From assembly GCF_009914755.1 (NCBI RefSeq), contig NC_060927.1: a stretch of 64,000 bases of DNA; one strand, given 5' to 3'. Position 1 is the first letter of the stretch. Each line of letters begins with the position of its first letter. Positions 26,528-44,839 of this stretch are shown here, in pieces. The notes under the pieces were generated by a model. The model saw nothing but the letters and a program-made list of their open reading frames with translations. It was not told the DNA's origin and did no database searches. This stretch comes from the human T2T-CHM13v2.0 reference genome, Homo sapiens. The translations under genes were made by a program, and so were the position numbers.

Positions 26528-29500
26528 AGAAGCTTAGAACTTTCAACCTCATCAAGTAGAACAAAAATTTGAGTCATTAGCTAACACATTTCTTTCTGAT
26601 TGGGAAGCAAAATTAAGATAAAAAGAGTATTAAAGCAGTAAATATTTATCAAAGAAAATTGAGGTTTTTATTTCTTTTGGTTGGTCAACTGCCAAGCACA
26701 TAACAGATGATCAAGAAATATTTTTTCATTGTTCTTCTTTTTTAATTCATTCATTTAGTGTTTGGAGTTTATATAAATTTTACATAATAATTTTTTGGGT
26801 CATCTGATTTAACAACTAAGAAAATAACACTAAGGGTGTTCAGAGAGTTTTGAAAGGTGGTCTCTGTATCATGCATTACGATTTGCCATCTTGAAATGAA
26901 ATGCCAGCCAAAACACTTTTTACAGACAATATTTAGTAAACATTAGTAGTGTTTTAATAAACTTTTGTGCTGTGTAGGTTGCAGAGACAATATAAATGCT
27001 CCTTATGAAGTCCACAATTAATAATCCAAGAGTTAAAACTGAAAAAAAACAGGATGTTCTAAGAGGGATATAGTGGCACAATGCATGATCCTTACTCATC
27101 TCATTCATTAGCTATTCTTATAGGATTATATATGTACTCTGTTTCTTCTTTAGGTACTCTTAAAGTAAAAACATAACACAACAAAAACAGAAACTAATTT
27201 TTTTCTTTGTATGCTTAAAGATGACATTCAAAAACAGCAGATAAATTAATCACTATCATCATTTAAGTTAACTGTCAGCCTTTGGAATGTGCTAATTTTA
27301 CAAAAACATGGCTCTTCTCTAAACTTTTCTTCATTTCTTTTTTGTATACTTTGTTCTGTTATCCTTAGAATTAATCCCATGAAGTCATTCTGTCATCTTA
27401 ATTTATCAACACCATTCCTTAGAAGGGTTTGCAAGTATAATCCCATGGTGACACACAAATTATGATAAACTATGGGACCAAATCATGCTTCTTAATGAAA
27501 TAATACATTTGCATGGATTGAAGCTGATATACAAAACATGTCTGCAAACAGCCTGATACTAGCCAAGTTTTGTTGATTCCCACAATAAAAATGTACTGGC
27601 ATTCTATTTGTATTGCAGCTTGAAAATTCAAATGGAAATAGCCTGATGTATGTATACCAGAAGAAAACTTTAAATACAATTTAAAATTAAAAATAAATTT
27701 TGTTTTGTTAATTCACATTAATAAAACAATTATCTTAAAATTGGCATGATTTCCTGTTTGATCTTCCAGTTTCATGTTTTAGACTCAGCAAACTCTATCT
27801 TCTATAGAGTTGATTACTTATAATTTCATAGAGCCAAGATTCTTGAGAACACATCACTGAAAATGAAATTTGAATTGTACGTTTTTTGTATTAATTCAGT
27901 CTGAGGGATTTCTGATGATTGCTTCTACAAATCCCAACAAGGGAATATTTTATTTTGCTCCTTCATACCAAGAGGTAAGATTTTACAGTTTAAATGGTTT
28001 TCAGTGTTGGAACATTAATACATTTATAGAAAATAGATGGACCATCTTCTTAATATTTACATTATTAGATAAAAAAATGCCTAATTTTCTTTGTAAACCC
28101 ATAATATTCTCTGAAAAATAGAGAGAGTCCTCTTTATAAGGAAATCACAAACTATTGAAGTCGAATTAGCACTTAAAATTAGTCTATCTTCATCTCATTC
28201 TCAATTAAAGAATTTCTTCTTCAAGTTTCTTATTAAATAATCATTTGGTGTCTACTGGAGGAATTTCAAAGATGTGAGCCCACTAGTCTCTCTCAACTAA
28301 TAATTTCAACATTTTTTCTTTCTTTTGTAGTTTTCTTCCCTGTAAAATATATTCTGTTCCTCAACCAATATTTATGGAACACTGTGCTAGGAATTAATAA
28401 TGAAACTGAGCTTGCATTTGAGAACCTCTCATCAACTGGAAAAACACACCAACAGCTGCTAATTCCTACCTCAGCTCAGATGAAGTATATGAAGAGAAGT
28501 GTGCCCCTAAGTTTATCTTTCTAGGTTGGAAATCTGTAAGTGAGTACATAGCAGCTCAGGTGACTGTGTCCAGACACTATCCTCGTCACCTTCCCTTAAT
28601 GCTCTCTAGTTCCGCAATACTCTTTTATAAATATGGAACCAATACTTACTATTAGACCTTTAGGTGTATATGCCCATAGCAAAGAAAAGAATTATGAGTG
28701 ACATTATTTATTCCTTTGATAATTTTAATTTAAATATACACCATTTCTTAGATTTTCCCCTGTCTTATATTCATTATTTTGAGTCTATTGTCTCAGGTTA
28801 CCAAACACACTTTACGTTATTTTTCATAGCATGGCGCCATCTATGATTTTTTCAATTTCATTTTCTATATTGTAATCTGATTAATCAATAAAAATAAGGT
28901 GGGGGGTCAATGACAAAACGCTAAGCTATATGATTATAGACCTCTCTTGATTGGGACACGAAGTCTGTGGAAAAAGCAATGGTGTATACATTTTTTAAGA
29001 AGGTTATTCAGTTTTGATATGATATTCAAATAGGTCTTGAGACTTCATCCTCCCATAATATATTTAAGAGTTAGTCCTCAAAAATAAATTACTAATGTCA
29101 ACATGCATTAAATCTGAATTTAGACTAATATTAATTTGTCTACCGTATGTATGATACAGCCTTCCTTTAAGGCATGATTTTGGTGTTACATCTATAATCC
29201 ACAGTAAGCAAATTCCTTACTTAACATTAAAATGTTTCACAAAAAGATAAACACCAAAGAGAACAAATTCCTTTAAGAAAACCAAAACAAAATAAGAACA
29301 CTTGTTTCCATAAGGTGCAAACATATTTTAATTACTCTAATAAAATATCTTGAATTAATGTATGTATTTTTGCATTTTGAAGAACCCGTGCCCCCTTAAT
29401 CACAAAAGTCTGCAGTTGAAAAATATTTTGTTGGAGTTTTGTCATATACTTTCAAGGAGATACACAATGTCTAAGTAATCATGTAATCTCAGTAATCTCT

Positions 29501-32039
29501 GCATGTTCTGATAAATAAACTTTACAAATATCTCTATACTTTAATTTAAAATTGTATTGTTTTAATAAATTAGTAAACAAAACAACCATGAATGTGATGC
29601 TAATCTAAGTTACTCATACTCTTTTATTTGACACTTTTTGTTTCCCTAGTAACAATTTCTTCTCTTATCCAAACACTTGTCACTTATTTTTATTTTCTGC
29701 CGTTAACTTCTAAGTTTTATGAAGGATTATGTCTATCTTATTCTCTGTTATATCCCCAAATTCTAGCATGGGGCCTGGCATACAATGCATGAGCACTGAC
29801 TGTCTTTGACTGAATTATAAAACAAAATGAAGGTAAAAGTTCTGGGAAACAGAAGATTGAGAACTTCAACTAAATATTGCTTGACTTTGGCCACATTTCA
29901 CCCTTGAGAAAAGCAAGCGGATGCAACTTATTATTTCTAAGGTCCAACTCAGATATGGGGTTTTCATTATTTCATTTGTGATCTAAGAATTGTCAAGAAC
30001 TAAAAATATATGTAGAATGTTCTTTCCCAGAAGGCCTTATTAAATTTTAAGCCAGGCTCGACAAGCATGGATGTTAGGAGAGTCCAGGTGCTGTTTTGAA
30101 CACCACATCCTTTTCAGCAACGTAGAAGCTGCTTTCCACTGCAAGGAAACATACTACAGCCCTTCACACTCATCTTCCCACAGTGGAGGGGCGGCCATAC
30201 ACTTCCTGGAGAATAAGCACATACTCTGCAGTGGGCACAAGGAGCTGGCTCAATTCTATGGGAATGAGAAGTAGCTACAATCTCGCTGTGTTAGAGCATA
30301 ATAGCGTCCTTTAATTACACATCTACAGGGCTTCCTTAGCTGCTAGGAGACCCCGCTCAAGTGTTCAATGAAGGAAACCCTCTTGATTCAAAGATTCAGG
30401 ATATGCAGATTTGAATACCCACTGCATCCTGCCCCCCTGGTGCCACTCTAGCCCTCTGTTGCCTGCAGATGGCCCGGCCTGGCAAACACTCTCCTTGTTC
30501 AAAGGGAGATTAGCAGGTGTTAAAGACCACTGGCTCTTAATCAAGTATTTCCCCTAATGTAATCAGAAAACTGAAAGAACATGGAAGAGGAAAGTTAAAG
30601 ACAGAAAGTTAGCAGCTGTTAGAAGCATTTTATGTAGAAAATGGATACTCATGGATTTTTAATGCACAGAACCCTTAGAAGCCCCTCTACAAAAACAGAC
30701 TTCCTGTAATCTGACCGTGAGACTTCACTTGCCAAGTCCTTTTGTCCCCCTGAATTGAACTATTGTATATTTTTATATACTACCATTCATGCATATATAA
30801 ATTAGCAATGGAAAAATCAGCCTAATTATTATCCACTTCAGATATCAGAATTGAATCTCTAAGCATGGATAAGGAAATGCAAAGTTATTCAGAGTAGATA
30901 CATTTTCTGGGTGTATTTTATTTGAATCTGAATTATCTGAGGTTGTTAGGATGATTGCCCACAATGACAATTTGCAATCATACCCAAACAAAACTAAACT
31001 TCCCTATAACTTGCATTATGTTTCTGTTCGCTTACTTTTAAAATATTATTAAGACTTTTTTTCTCACTATGTTTCTCACATGCATCGATGCACACTAGAA
31101 GTATCTTTTGGTAGAAAAACAACATTTGTCTTGGTTTAAGATAGGAGGCAAGTCTACTTTCTGAGATTAGCAATTATTTGTAAGACTCACAATTATATAA
31201 TAGAATGAATGGAAAAAACAGAATTCAGAATCCATACCATCCACAGCTGGATTAATATACCTCAAGTATTTTTCACCATGGTGTTCTCTAGCCTATTCCT
31301 TTTTTTTTCTACAGTATTTCTCTAGTGACAGTGCCATCAAACTGAACTCATCTCTTTAGCCCTCAAAGTTCTCTGTAATAGGAATTATAGCCAGATTTTT
31401 AACCTTAGTCCTAATACATTTCCAATATTATTCTTTTGCTCTAAAGAATTCTGGTTATTTGCTACTCATTCCACACTTTACGGTCATATTAACCAAGATA
31501 ATTTAACAATGCTTGTGGCATAGCTCAGAAGACAGTGTGTATTTTTTCATAAATGAAACATTTAAAATCAAATACATTTTTTTCTGTCTAACATATCATG
31601 TTTGATTCTAAAACCACATGTAAAGAATATTAAGGCAAAGGGTAAGAAAAAAAATCTACTTTGATCTGAAGTTCCTGTGTTAAAGTGCATGACAGAATGT
31701 TTTCGAAAAACTGATTGAATCTCACATACATAGTGCCTCACAGAGAACTGCAAGATAGCAACTCAAATGTCACTTGTTTACTTAGGGAGGCTTATGTGAC
31801 AGAGTTAAATAAAGTGTGTGCATTATACTTTTTATGAACTATGCTTATGAGCACAAATTGTAGTTTAAAGTCATTTTAAAACCATTTTAAAGACGAAAAC
31901 ATGATAATGTTTCCTGTGAAAAATATATTTTGTATTTACTACTACAGATTTTGTGACTATGTGCATTATTTTAGGAATATATTATACAACATTTCTCTAT
32001 TGTCAATAAAAAGGGTCAATAATTTTAGTATGTACTAAA

Positions 32040-32250
32040 TCTCAGGCAGTACTTTGCATGGGTAAACATTTTATTTTATTAAACTCATTTTAATACTCAT
32101 TTTTTGAGGTTGTATGTATTATGATACTAATTTTATAGATAAGAAATCAGGTTCAAACAGGTGAAGCAGATTGTACGTATTTGCCTATTCAGTACGTGTG
32201 AGGCCATGATTAAATGAAGTCGATATAACTCCAAAGTATGTGCTTTTTTC
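32040..32250 (-). mobile_element. MIR fragment
   Basis: ATTTTATAGATAAGAAATCAGGTTCAAACAGGTGAAGCAG resembles the antisense MIR core. Confidence 0.55.
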
Positions 32251-32368
32251 CAATGTTAGCAATATCTCAATCTTGGTTTTAAAACACAGTTAATTCAGCA
32301 TCATCGATAGATAGTGTTTATCTCAAGTCTATGGAGCAGTAATTTTTAAATTTCAGAGCCCAGCTTCT

Positions 32369-35934
<3,566 letters not shown>

Positions 35935-37892
35935 AGAGCCCAACTTCTACTTCCTGATCCTTATTTCTAAAGGAAGAAATATCGTGGTCCCACAGAATGC
36001 AATGTGATCTCATGATGATTAAATAGGAGACTTGTGAAATGCCAGTGTCTCAGAAATTAACTAAGCATCTCCCATGCATACTCTGTGTATTCTGGTACCC
36101 AAAGGCATTATATATTATTTGTTCTTCAAAGGATCATTTATAATATTGCCTGCTACCACATGCAGTTCATATATAGAGAGAGAGGATGAGGTAAATAAAT
36201 TTAGAAAACATTTCTTTAAAAATAGCATGCTTGAGATATTTAGACATTGTCAAGTAAATATTTAAAATAATATAATAAGTAAATCCATCAAAAATTACCT
36301 ATTTTTCAAAGGAGGTTGCCAAACTATAAAGCCACTTTATAGCTTTTACTGCACTTGTAATTATCCACTGTGTAATTAGCCCTTTCATATGACAAAGAAT
36401 GACAGCTTTATAGTTATTCTCATCGTGCATGTACCAAAAATTTTTATTTTTGGAGATAGTTTTATAAATTATGTGCCAGTTGTTGCTAATATTGAATTGA
36501 AGGCAAGTCTTACCTCCCTAGAAAGTCTTATTTAGGCAGATTATGTAACTCAACATGATGACTATCATCTGTTTAAATATATGTGCTTATATATGTACAT
36601 ATCCACACACAAATACGTGTACACATATACATATATGCAGCTGCTCTTACAGATTCTATAGGCACTATTTGAGAACTATACAAATACAGAAGCCCTAGAA
36701 AACATGTTTACTTTATACAATGTTAGAGTAGAATCTCTCCCTACAACCTGCTCAAATTGGATTTTTAACATGTTTTCCTTTATTGAAATGAATATAAAAT
36801 GTAAATAATGGAACATTGGGTTATTTAAGAAAATCAAGAGCAAAAATTAGTCATTGATTAATAAATCTAATTATTTACAATATTTGTAGTAAAAATGTGT
36901 GGGTATATAATTCAAAAAAAGGAAAGTCATTTTTAAAAATGTGCTATGTACTTAGTAAAAACATTACAGGATGTCTGTCAATGCTGATATCTCTTCAATT
37001 TCTGACTTTTTGATCTTCATCTATACTTGTACACCTTGTTAGTAACTGATAAGCTGACATTTTAAGTATATTTAAATAAAGCTAGTGAAATGTCTAGATC
37101 TCACTGTATTAGGTAGTTGTGCTGCTTTGTAGTCTATTTTTTCTCTTTTTTCTTATTTGTAAGATAGTATTCTTGCAAACAAATCACAATTGTTTGTCCA
37201 TTCTGAATGGATGAATTTCTACATTCAAATCAGATCACTTTTAATGCTCTAATCTTAAACAACAGAGAATAGCTAATGTGTCAGACATGAGATTCCTGTG
37301 ATGGCTGAATAAAGCCAACTGCGGTATGCCAGTACCAGAGTAAAGACATTGACATTAAAATTCAGACGGTATGGCCTACAGGTAGATATCAGTCTGAAGG
37401 AAAAAGATGAACGTGAATGTCAGCAAATGAAATAAATCGTTGGTCAAAGATTCACAACTGTTATTTCAGAGTAACGCAGGAAAGTCGTAACTAAGGGCTA
37501 CATCACCTGACAAAACTGTCTAAAGCTTTAACAAGGATAAAATAATAAAAACACAATTTCCTAGATTTTCTGTATCTCACTAGGGGTCCTACACTGAACT
37601 AAACACTTGCTTTTCATTCAGTATCTAAATTTATCTTTCAGCAAGCCTATGAGATTGGCATCTAATAGATTATAAAACCAAAGCTCACTGTAGGTAAATG
37701 GTAAAAGTCAGATTAAAATACAAATTAATCCTGACTCCAAACTATCCCAGATAGTTTAGGACCACATGTGGAAGTAAAAAAGGGATGTTCAATTGGATAG
37801 GTCAGTTTTCAATAATGCCATCTAACAGGTGATAAGGTCAGGAAGGTTAATAGGATCAGTTAGTAAGCAGAACATTGGAATTATGAGTGAGT

Positions 37893-38504
37893 GTATTTGT
37901 TTCCTACTGCTATGGTAAAAAATTACTATAAATATATTGATCTAAAACATCTTCCTTAGACGTCTGAAGTCTGAAAGGGTCTCACCAGTCTAAAACCAAG
38001 GTGCAAACAGGGCTGTGTTTCTTTCTGGAGACTCATGGAACGAATTCATCTTCTTGCCTTTTCTAGCTTCTAGAGACTGTCTTCGTTCCTGTGTGATGAC
38101 CCCCTTCCACCCTTAAAGAAAGCAACGACCAGTTGAGTCTTTCTTACACCTTGTCACTCCAACACAAACTCTCCTTCTCTTCCACATTTAAGGATCCTGT
38201 GATTACATTTGATCCTGAAAATCCATGATAATCTCCCTTTTTTAAGGTCAGTTGATTAGAAACCTTGCCTTCATCTGCTAAATTTAGTGTCTTTTTCTAT
38301 TTAACCTATTCACAGATTCCAGGGATTAACCCATTTATGCCTGAAGATGCAATATTTTGAATTTTGAAATTAGACATTGGCGATGACATTGAGCAGTAGG
38401 ATATAAATAAATCCCTCATGCTTAGCATTCCAATAATGAAACACTAGGAATAAATGGGTTTTAAGATGTAGACATCTTTGGGAAACCATTAGTCTGACAG
38501 AACA
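37893..38504 (-). mobile_element. MLT1D-like MaLR solo LTR interrupted by MER85
   Basis: TTGCCTTTTCTAGCTTCTAGAG, AAGGTCAGTTGATTAG and ATTCACAGATTCCAGGGATT, resuming as AAGATGTAGACATCTTTGGG after the insert. Confidence 0.8.
38330..38458 (+). mobile_element. MER85 piggyBac MITE (PGBD3-derived)
   Basis: TTAA at 38326-38329; TIRs CCCATTTATGCCT / AGGAATAAATGGG (12/13 match); internal TTGGCGATGACATTGAGCAGTAGGATATAAATAA. Confidence 0.92.
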
Positions 38505-41500
38505 GTAAGGAAGTCATTAGAGTCTGAACAGCAATTGTCAGGGCCCAGGAACCATGAACCTGAGATGCAAGATTGAAATTCAGCAATGTAAAATCATGCT
38601 ACGCAAGTCAATGTTGGGTAAGCTAAGGGTTCTTGAATATTTTTCTGTGGTGAATTATTGAAATAGGGCTATTAAAACTTTCTTTTAGGATCCAAGAAAA
38701 CATGTGCAAACCAAAAGTCTGTAAACACGTTTTGATGGACCACATTAACACTTCTACATTGAGGTTTCTGAATTTTTTGCATAACTGGCAGCTTTGTGCC
38801 TATAATTCTCCCAAAACACTGTAGATAAATAGTGGCTGCCTGCTTCCTACGATACATATACTTTCCCCAAATTCTTACTACTCTCACTGTTTCCTGACAC
38901 AGTGGTTTGTGTCTATTGTTATTTGTGATGCCTCATCAAACATTTACATTTTTGTATAGAAAAGAAGATCTCTTCAATGATGGGGAAATAAAAGGTGAAC
39001 CAAAAAGACACGCATCTTTAGAAATATAGAGCATGTTTCTCTAATAATAAAATCAATAATAAGTTCATCTTACAGCCAGCCAGCTTCATTCATTTATACG
39101 ACCTGTTTTTCCCCTATGGAATTTTGAGTTTGCGACCCTCAATCTCTGTATGGTTGGTGCATAAGCGTGCCTTCTGGGGATTTAGGAGAAAGTTGGCGTG
39201 ATACTATACCTGGCTGCAATGTAGCTTTTCCAATTACAGGCAAATTTTGTAAGAACATTCATCTAATGATTTTAGCTGGAAACTTTCCCCAGCAAAGTAG
39301 AATTAAATGTTTCTATCAAATATATACTGCGGTGAAATCACACTACATTTCTTTATTGAAAGCTTTTCATAGACTTTTAAAATGTTTTTATAATTGTATC
39401 TTATAAAGTAAAAGTAATGTCTAGGTCAAAAGCTAGACCATGAAATTGGAATTATAGCCAAGGGAAATATTTAATGAGTGAATTTAAGAATTTGATGCAA
39501 ATTAGAAATGAAGCCAATTTTAGATATCAGGAAATAAAGCCCACAAGTTATAAAAGGTGATGAAATGGATTAAAAATAACTCTATTAAAAATAAATCCAT
39601 CACAAAGTATCACGCTACTGATTGTTAGACATAGAGTTTTATCATATTTGTTCATTAACTTTTTAAGCATATGTTCATCCATCTATGTATTTAGGATTTA
39701 TTGAATATTCTGAAAGACATATAGATTAATAAGAAGTGGAAGTTCTAACAAACATGTAGTAGATCTGTTTTTCTTTTTTGTTCATTATATTCTTTAGCTT
39801 CTTTAACATTTTCCACACCTGTATATGTCCCAGTATGACATTCTGGATGATATAGCCACTGAGGACACAATTTTATTTTTTAACTGTAATTAAATCATAG
39901 GATTTAAAAAAATAACAATGACTCATTTGTTTCTAAAATATATTTGCAATTTTGCTAAGCTGTCTTTCAAAGGTACTTGTTCTTATTTCATGTTCTATAA
40001 TTTATTTTTGACACATATATTTTATTTTATATGTTTAGTCATCTAAAACATATATGTTACAATGTTTTTCAAATGGTTCCATCACTTCTGATTATTTAAA
40101 AGCAAATATCAAGTTTTCTATTTCTATTTACCATCTTCCTTTGATTTTTTTAATTTTAATTTTAATTTTTGGACATCTTTTTTAAAGCAATATTGTTAGT
40201 TCTTATTCAATGAGACTGGTTTCCTCTCAGACTGCTATGATCCCTGAGTTGTGAAAAGTTTTAAAGAGATGATTTTGTTTCCTTTTCAAGAGCTCTAAGG
40301 AAGTAAACCATTCTGTTTTATGTTAATCGATTGGCTTGGGCTCTTAACATCATGCTGCAGTATTAATTTGGAGTCTGCAACTACGCATGACGCAGGACTA
40401 AGACTTCTATTTTTCACCAGTGATTTATTTCCCCTATGCATGGTTATGACAGATTTCAAATATCCTTGTCCACCTGGCCTATAAGCAGAGAATAACAGAT
40501 CACTTTTCATTGATGGGGCAGCTCTTCAGGGTGGAGTTGAGTGGCTAAGGCTTGGCAACTATTTGCCAAGTTGTGGATGAATGCTTCTGTCTTGAGCTTG
40601 ATCCAACAGGACCTAGACAAGTATAAGACCCATTCAAGCCTCCTCAACATTAGCACTTTTCTGATAATTACTTCATTATTTGTTGTGAAAGCTGTGTATT
40701 TCCATTTATTTCCTCTGAAAAAGGGTGCATTTAAATATCGGTTTAAAATATCGTCATAAATAATTATTTGTTTTTTCTATATGTTTCCAGAGAGGCAAGT
40801 TTACAGAAGATACAATTACTCCTGTTGCTGAAGTACCTAAACCTGTGGATTTTTATTAATTTAGATACTTTTTTGAGCTACCTCTAGTAGGTTAAATGAT
40901 TCTGGTTATCAAATTGTAGTGTTATTTATATACTACTATTACAACTATTTTAAGGAAAAGTTAACATAATTCAAAAAATAAAGCAGTTATCTTCTTAAAG
41001 TCTGGACATATAATTTTTAAGCTGTATTGTTATGTCCCTGGAGACAAATATATAATTATTGAAATCATTTCTGTAATTAACTCAGTTCTCTAACCTATTG
41101 TGAAATTTACTTTGATATTTCCAGACCAGTGAAGTTCCATGCGAGTTAGTTGTGGTAAAGCTCTAGTGAAGTGTAGGTCACTCAGTTGACTTAAAACAGC
41201 AGACAACTCTGGTTACTTATCACAGACAGAAATGCAAACTGTAACTCTTACTTCTTAAAAAAAAAAGACATAAATATGTGCACATATATATCTCCATGTA
41301 GGCCTAAGATATACAATGAAATAGCCCTAAATCTGCATTAATTTGGGGGAGTTTTGGAAGTATTGAAAATACTGTATTTGATACTATTACAACTTTATTT
41401 CCATTGGTCTCATTATAGAACTTTCCTTCAATTTAGTTTCAAATTCTGTCCAATTCTTAATAAAAATGGCACTCATTTAGAAGCAATGATATCTATCATA

Positions 41501-42499
41501 CAATAAAACTAAGTTCCACATAGTCAAATTATGAGATGATTTAAGTCAACTGTACTGACAGTTAATTGTAATATATTTTGTTAAGTAAGAGTGTTCTTTT
41601 TTCCTCTCTCTAGTTTCCCACAAGTTTAGGCAAGATTAAAGGCTCCAAAAAAACACTCCAAAAGCTAATTGGAAGAACTATAAAGTAAACCAAATCCAAC
41701 ATTCTTATTAAGTTAGAAGTAGTCAAATCTCTCCATCTAGAGAAAAGATTAAAGGCTAAGTAGAAGGATTTTGAAGGGCTCTTGACACCAGAATGCCCTC
41801 AAGTCCCAAGCACCAAGGCTAGATCCATGTATGGAGCTGTGAATGTAAGACTTTAACAGAAAAGATTTCTTGCCACACAAGAAAAATATTCTGCATCACT
41901 TGACACTCACACTCTTTATACAACCCTAAATGATTTCGACGCTAAGAAAAGGTTCAAGCTGAATTAAGGGGCCCTGTATTCTTCAAATCTGGAAGATGAA
42001 TAAGGATTAGACTAAGCAGTTAAAAATGACTGAGATAAGTACATACCTATACACGGTTATTTGGATTTCTTTAACTCAGTCTAATCATGCATGATTTTAC
42101 AAATAGAGTGATTAAAATGTCACTCAGCTATTTTTTAAGGTTTTATTTTTATAAAATACTGTCATTGAAGAAAATGATATGGATTTTAACTTGGTTAAAC
42201 AAATAGTTTTTTCCATATTACTCTTAATTTTCACTCATCACATCTATTAGTCTTTAGATTTCTGAAATAAAACAACTACTGTACCTCCTATATGCATATG
42301 CAAATTAATAAGCTTGAGTAAATCATGGCTTCTTTGAGCCTCATGTTTGGTATCTACAGAATAATCATGGCAGTATCTGAATCAAAGGGTTATTGTGAAA
42401 ATAAAAATGAGATTGTCTAGGGGGCACTGTAAAAACCGTAAAAGTACTAGGCTTTAAAACTGTCTCTAAGAAGACAAACTTCAGTTTTTCCCTCTTTAC

Positions 42500-43910
42500 A
42501 GTTCACTTTGTATACTGTTTAGTAAAGTATCAACTACACTGTGATGGTTCTCAAGATATAAGACGCACAGAACAATGAGATCACGTTGAACAGGAACTTT
42601 ACCCAGAAGGTGGTGGCGCACCGAGGAATACACAAGGTGGGCGGTCTTCGTCCAAAGTATCCAGAAGGAAGATTGTTGAACAGAGACTTAACGGCAAGAA
42701 CAAGTGTCCTAAATAACACACAGAAGGAGAAACAGAGTTTTACACAAATGAAACAGTCATAGGAAATGATGAAAAGCCAAATGAGTTTCTGTAAAAGATT
42801 CGAAGTGTTAGAGTGCAGGAAGAAGGTTGAAAACCTATGAACAATGAGATTAGAATCGTAGGCAAGTGGCCAATCAGGAAAAAGCTGACAGAGATAATAC
42901 ATGGAAATTTGCATATTACCCTTACGTGATTTTAGACAAGGGAGTGCCAAGATTTTTTACCTTATAAAAGAGATAACTGTTGCTGCAAAGTAGAGATATT
43001 GGATATTGGATTGAGGGGGAACAAAACTAAAAATGGGAAGTAGCAGGTGTTGAAATAATCTTGACAAGAAATGACAAGAGCATGAACTAAGGTAGGGGCA
43101 GTAGAGATACTACCTGTGTTGGTTTCTTGAGGGATGAGGAAAAAAGAAAAGGCTCTGTTTTGCATACCTGAATGACTAGTGGTGCCATACAAAGTTAAAA
43201 AAAATGTAATTAAATATGCTGTATTAATTAGAATTATTTTTTGCTGGATAGTGACAGGAGACCCCAAATAATAGTAACTTAACCAAGACAGAGGCTTGTC
43301 TCATATAAAAGTTCAATTACATGTCCATAGCTGGTAGAGTTCATCACAGCGTCAGGAACTAAGGCTCCTTTGATCTTGTTGCTCTGTTTTACATGGCCTC
43401 GGCTCTCGGATCAATCTCATAATCTAGTATCACTTAGTCAGCTCCAAATTCAACTATAGTAGCTGTATTTCAGACAGCAGAAGACAGAATAGAGTCGAAG
43501 ATGGCTTGCTTGTGCTATTCACATATACATACTGGAAGTTTCACATTCCTGCTTCCACCCCATTGGCCAATACTTAGTCACGAGGCTACAATGACCTACC
43601 AGTGAGAATGAAAAAACGTAGATTTTATTCCCGTTGCTTATGAGCCTGGAAATATTTTGGATATTTTATTACTAAGGAACAAGGGATAACTAGCTATCTC
43701 TGCCACAGCCAAGTTCTGTTAAGTTTGATATCTTTGGAAGGCAAGCACAAGATATCTGGAAGGTAGCTGATCATACAGGTTCACAAATCAGAAAAGAGAT
43801 CTGAAATGAAGATGACAATATGTGGTGGTTAAAGAGATGTAGATTAAAGAGATCACAAAGAAAAGTGTATAGAGTGAAAGAGGGCTGTTGAGAAAGCTGA
43901 GAAATATCCA
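42500..43910. mobile_element. L2 fragments flanking an MLT1 LTR
   Basis: Purine-rich L2-like phrases such as GAAATGACAAGAGCATGAACTAAGGTAGGGGCAGTAGAGAT and TGAATGACTAGTGGTGCCAT. Approximate. Confidence 0.5.
43220..43707 (-). mobile_element. MLT1I/J/K-like old MaLR LTR
   Basis: TGTATTAATTAG start, AATAGTAACTTAACCAAGACAG, CATTGGCCAATACTTAGTCAC and CTAGCTATCTCTGCCACA end. Confidence 0.65.
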
Positions 43911-44549
43911 CTGATGAATTTCTTTGAAATTCTCTGTCAGTTTCTGGGCGTCTGTTCTCTGCTAGTTTTTTCTCAGCTTAGGTTTTTTTTTTGTTTTTTT
44001 TTTTTTTTTTCCATAAATCCTACTTTGCTTGTTGAGAGTGATTGTCCCAGAACTTTTGGTACTTGATTCTCTAATCTCCTTTATTTACATTCATTCTGGT
44101 AGTGTGTGTACTCAAGTGGATTTAACCACCACCAATATGCTGATGTCCCTTATTCATATCCTGCTTCCTATGATCCACTCTTCAGAGGATATGCAACATC
44201 TGCCTAGAATATCCCTATTCAGATCCCTCATTCACATATAATATCTAATATGCCTTTTAAAAAATCTTCATTCTTGTCTGAGCACATAGCGTCATTCCCC
44301 TGAACTATTTGTAGACCCATGAACAATTATTCACTATCTTTGTGCTTCAGATAATTGTAACATTTTCTTAGATGTTAATTTTTTATAGTATAAAAGTTGA
44401 AATTCCCTGGAGAAGTAATTACAACTCCAATTTCTTTCTAACCTTTAATGTGCTGAGTACATAGTATATTATATAAAATAAATATTTATAAGTATAAAAT
44501 AAAAGGATACAAATATGGACCCTAAGAAGTGATATAAAAAAGTAATATC

Positions 44550-44839
<290 letters not shown>

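Noticed and set aside
36324-36342. 8-bp perfect hairpin CTATAAAG-CCA-CTTTATAG
   Set aside because: Expected by chance several times in 64 kb of AT-rich sequence.
40290-40560. Unique sequence that looks like a conserved non-coding element
   Set aside because: Impression only. No motif or structure in the sequence supports it without alignments.
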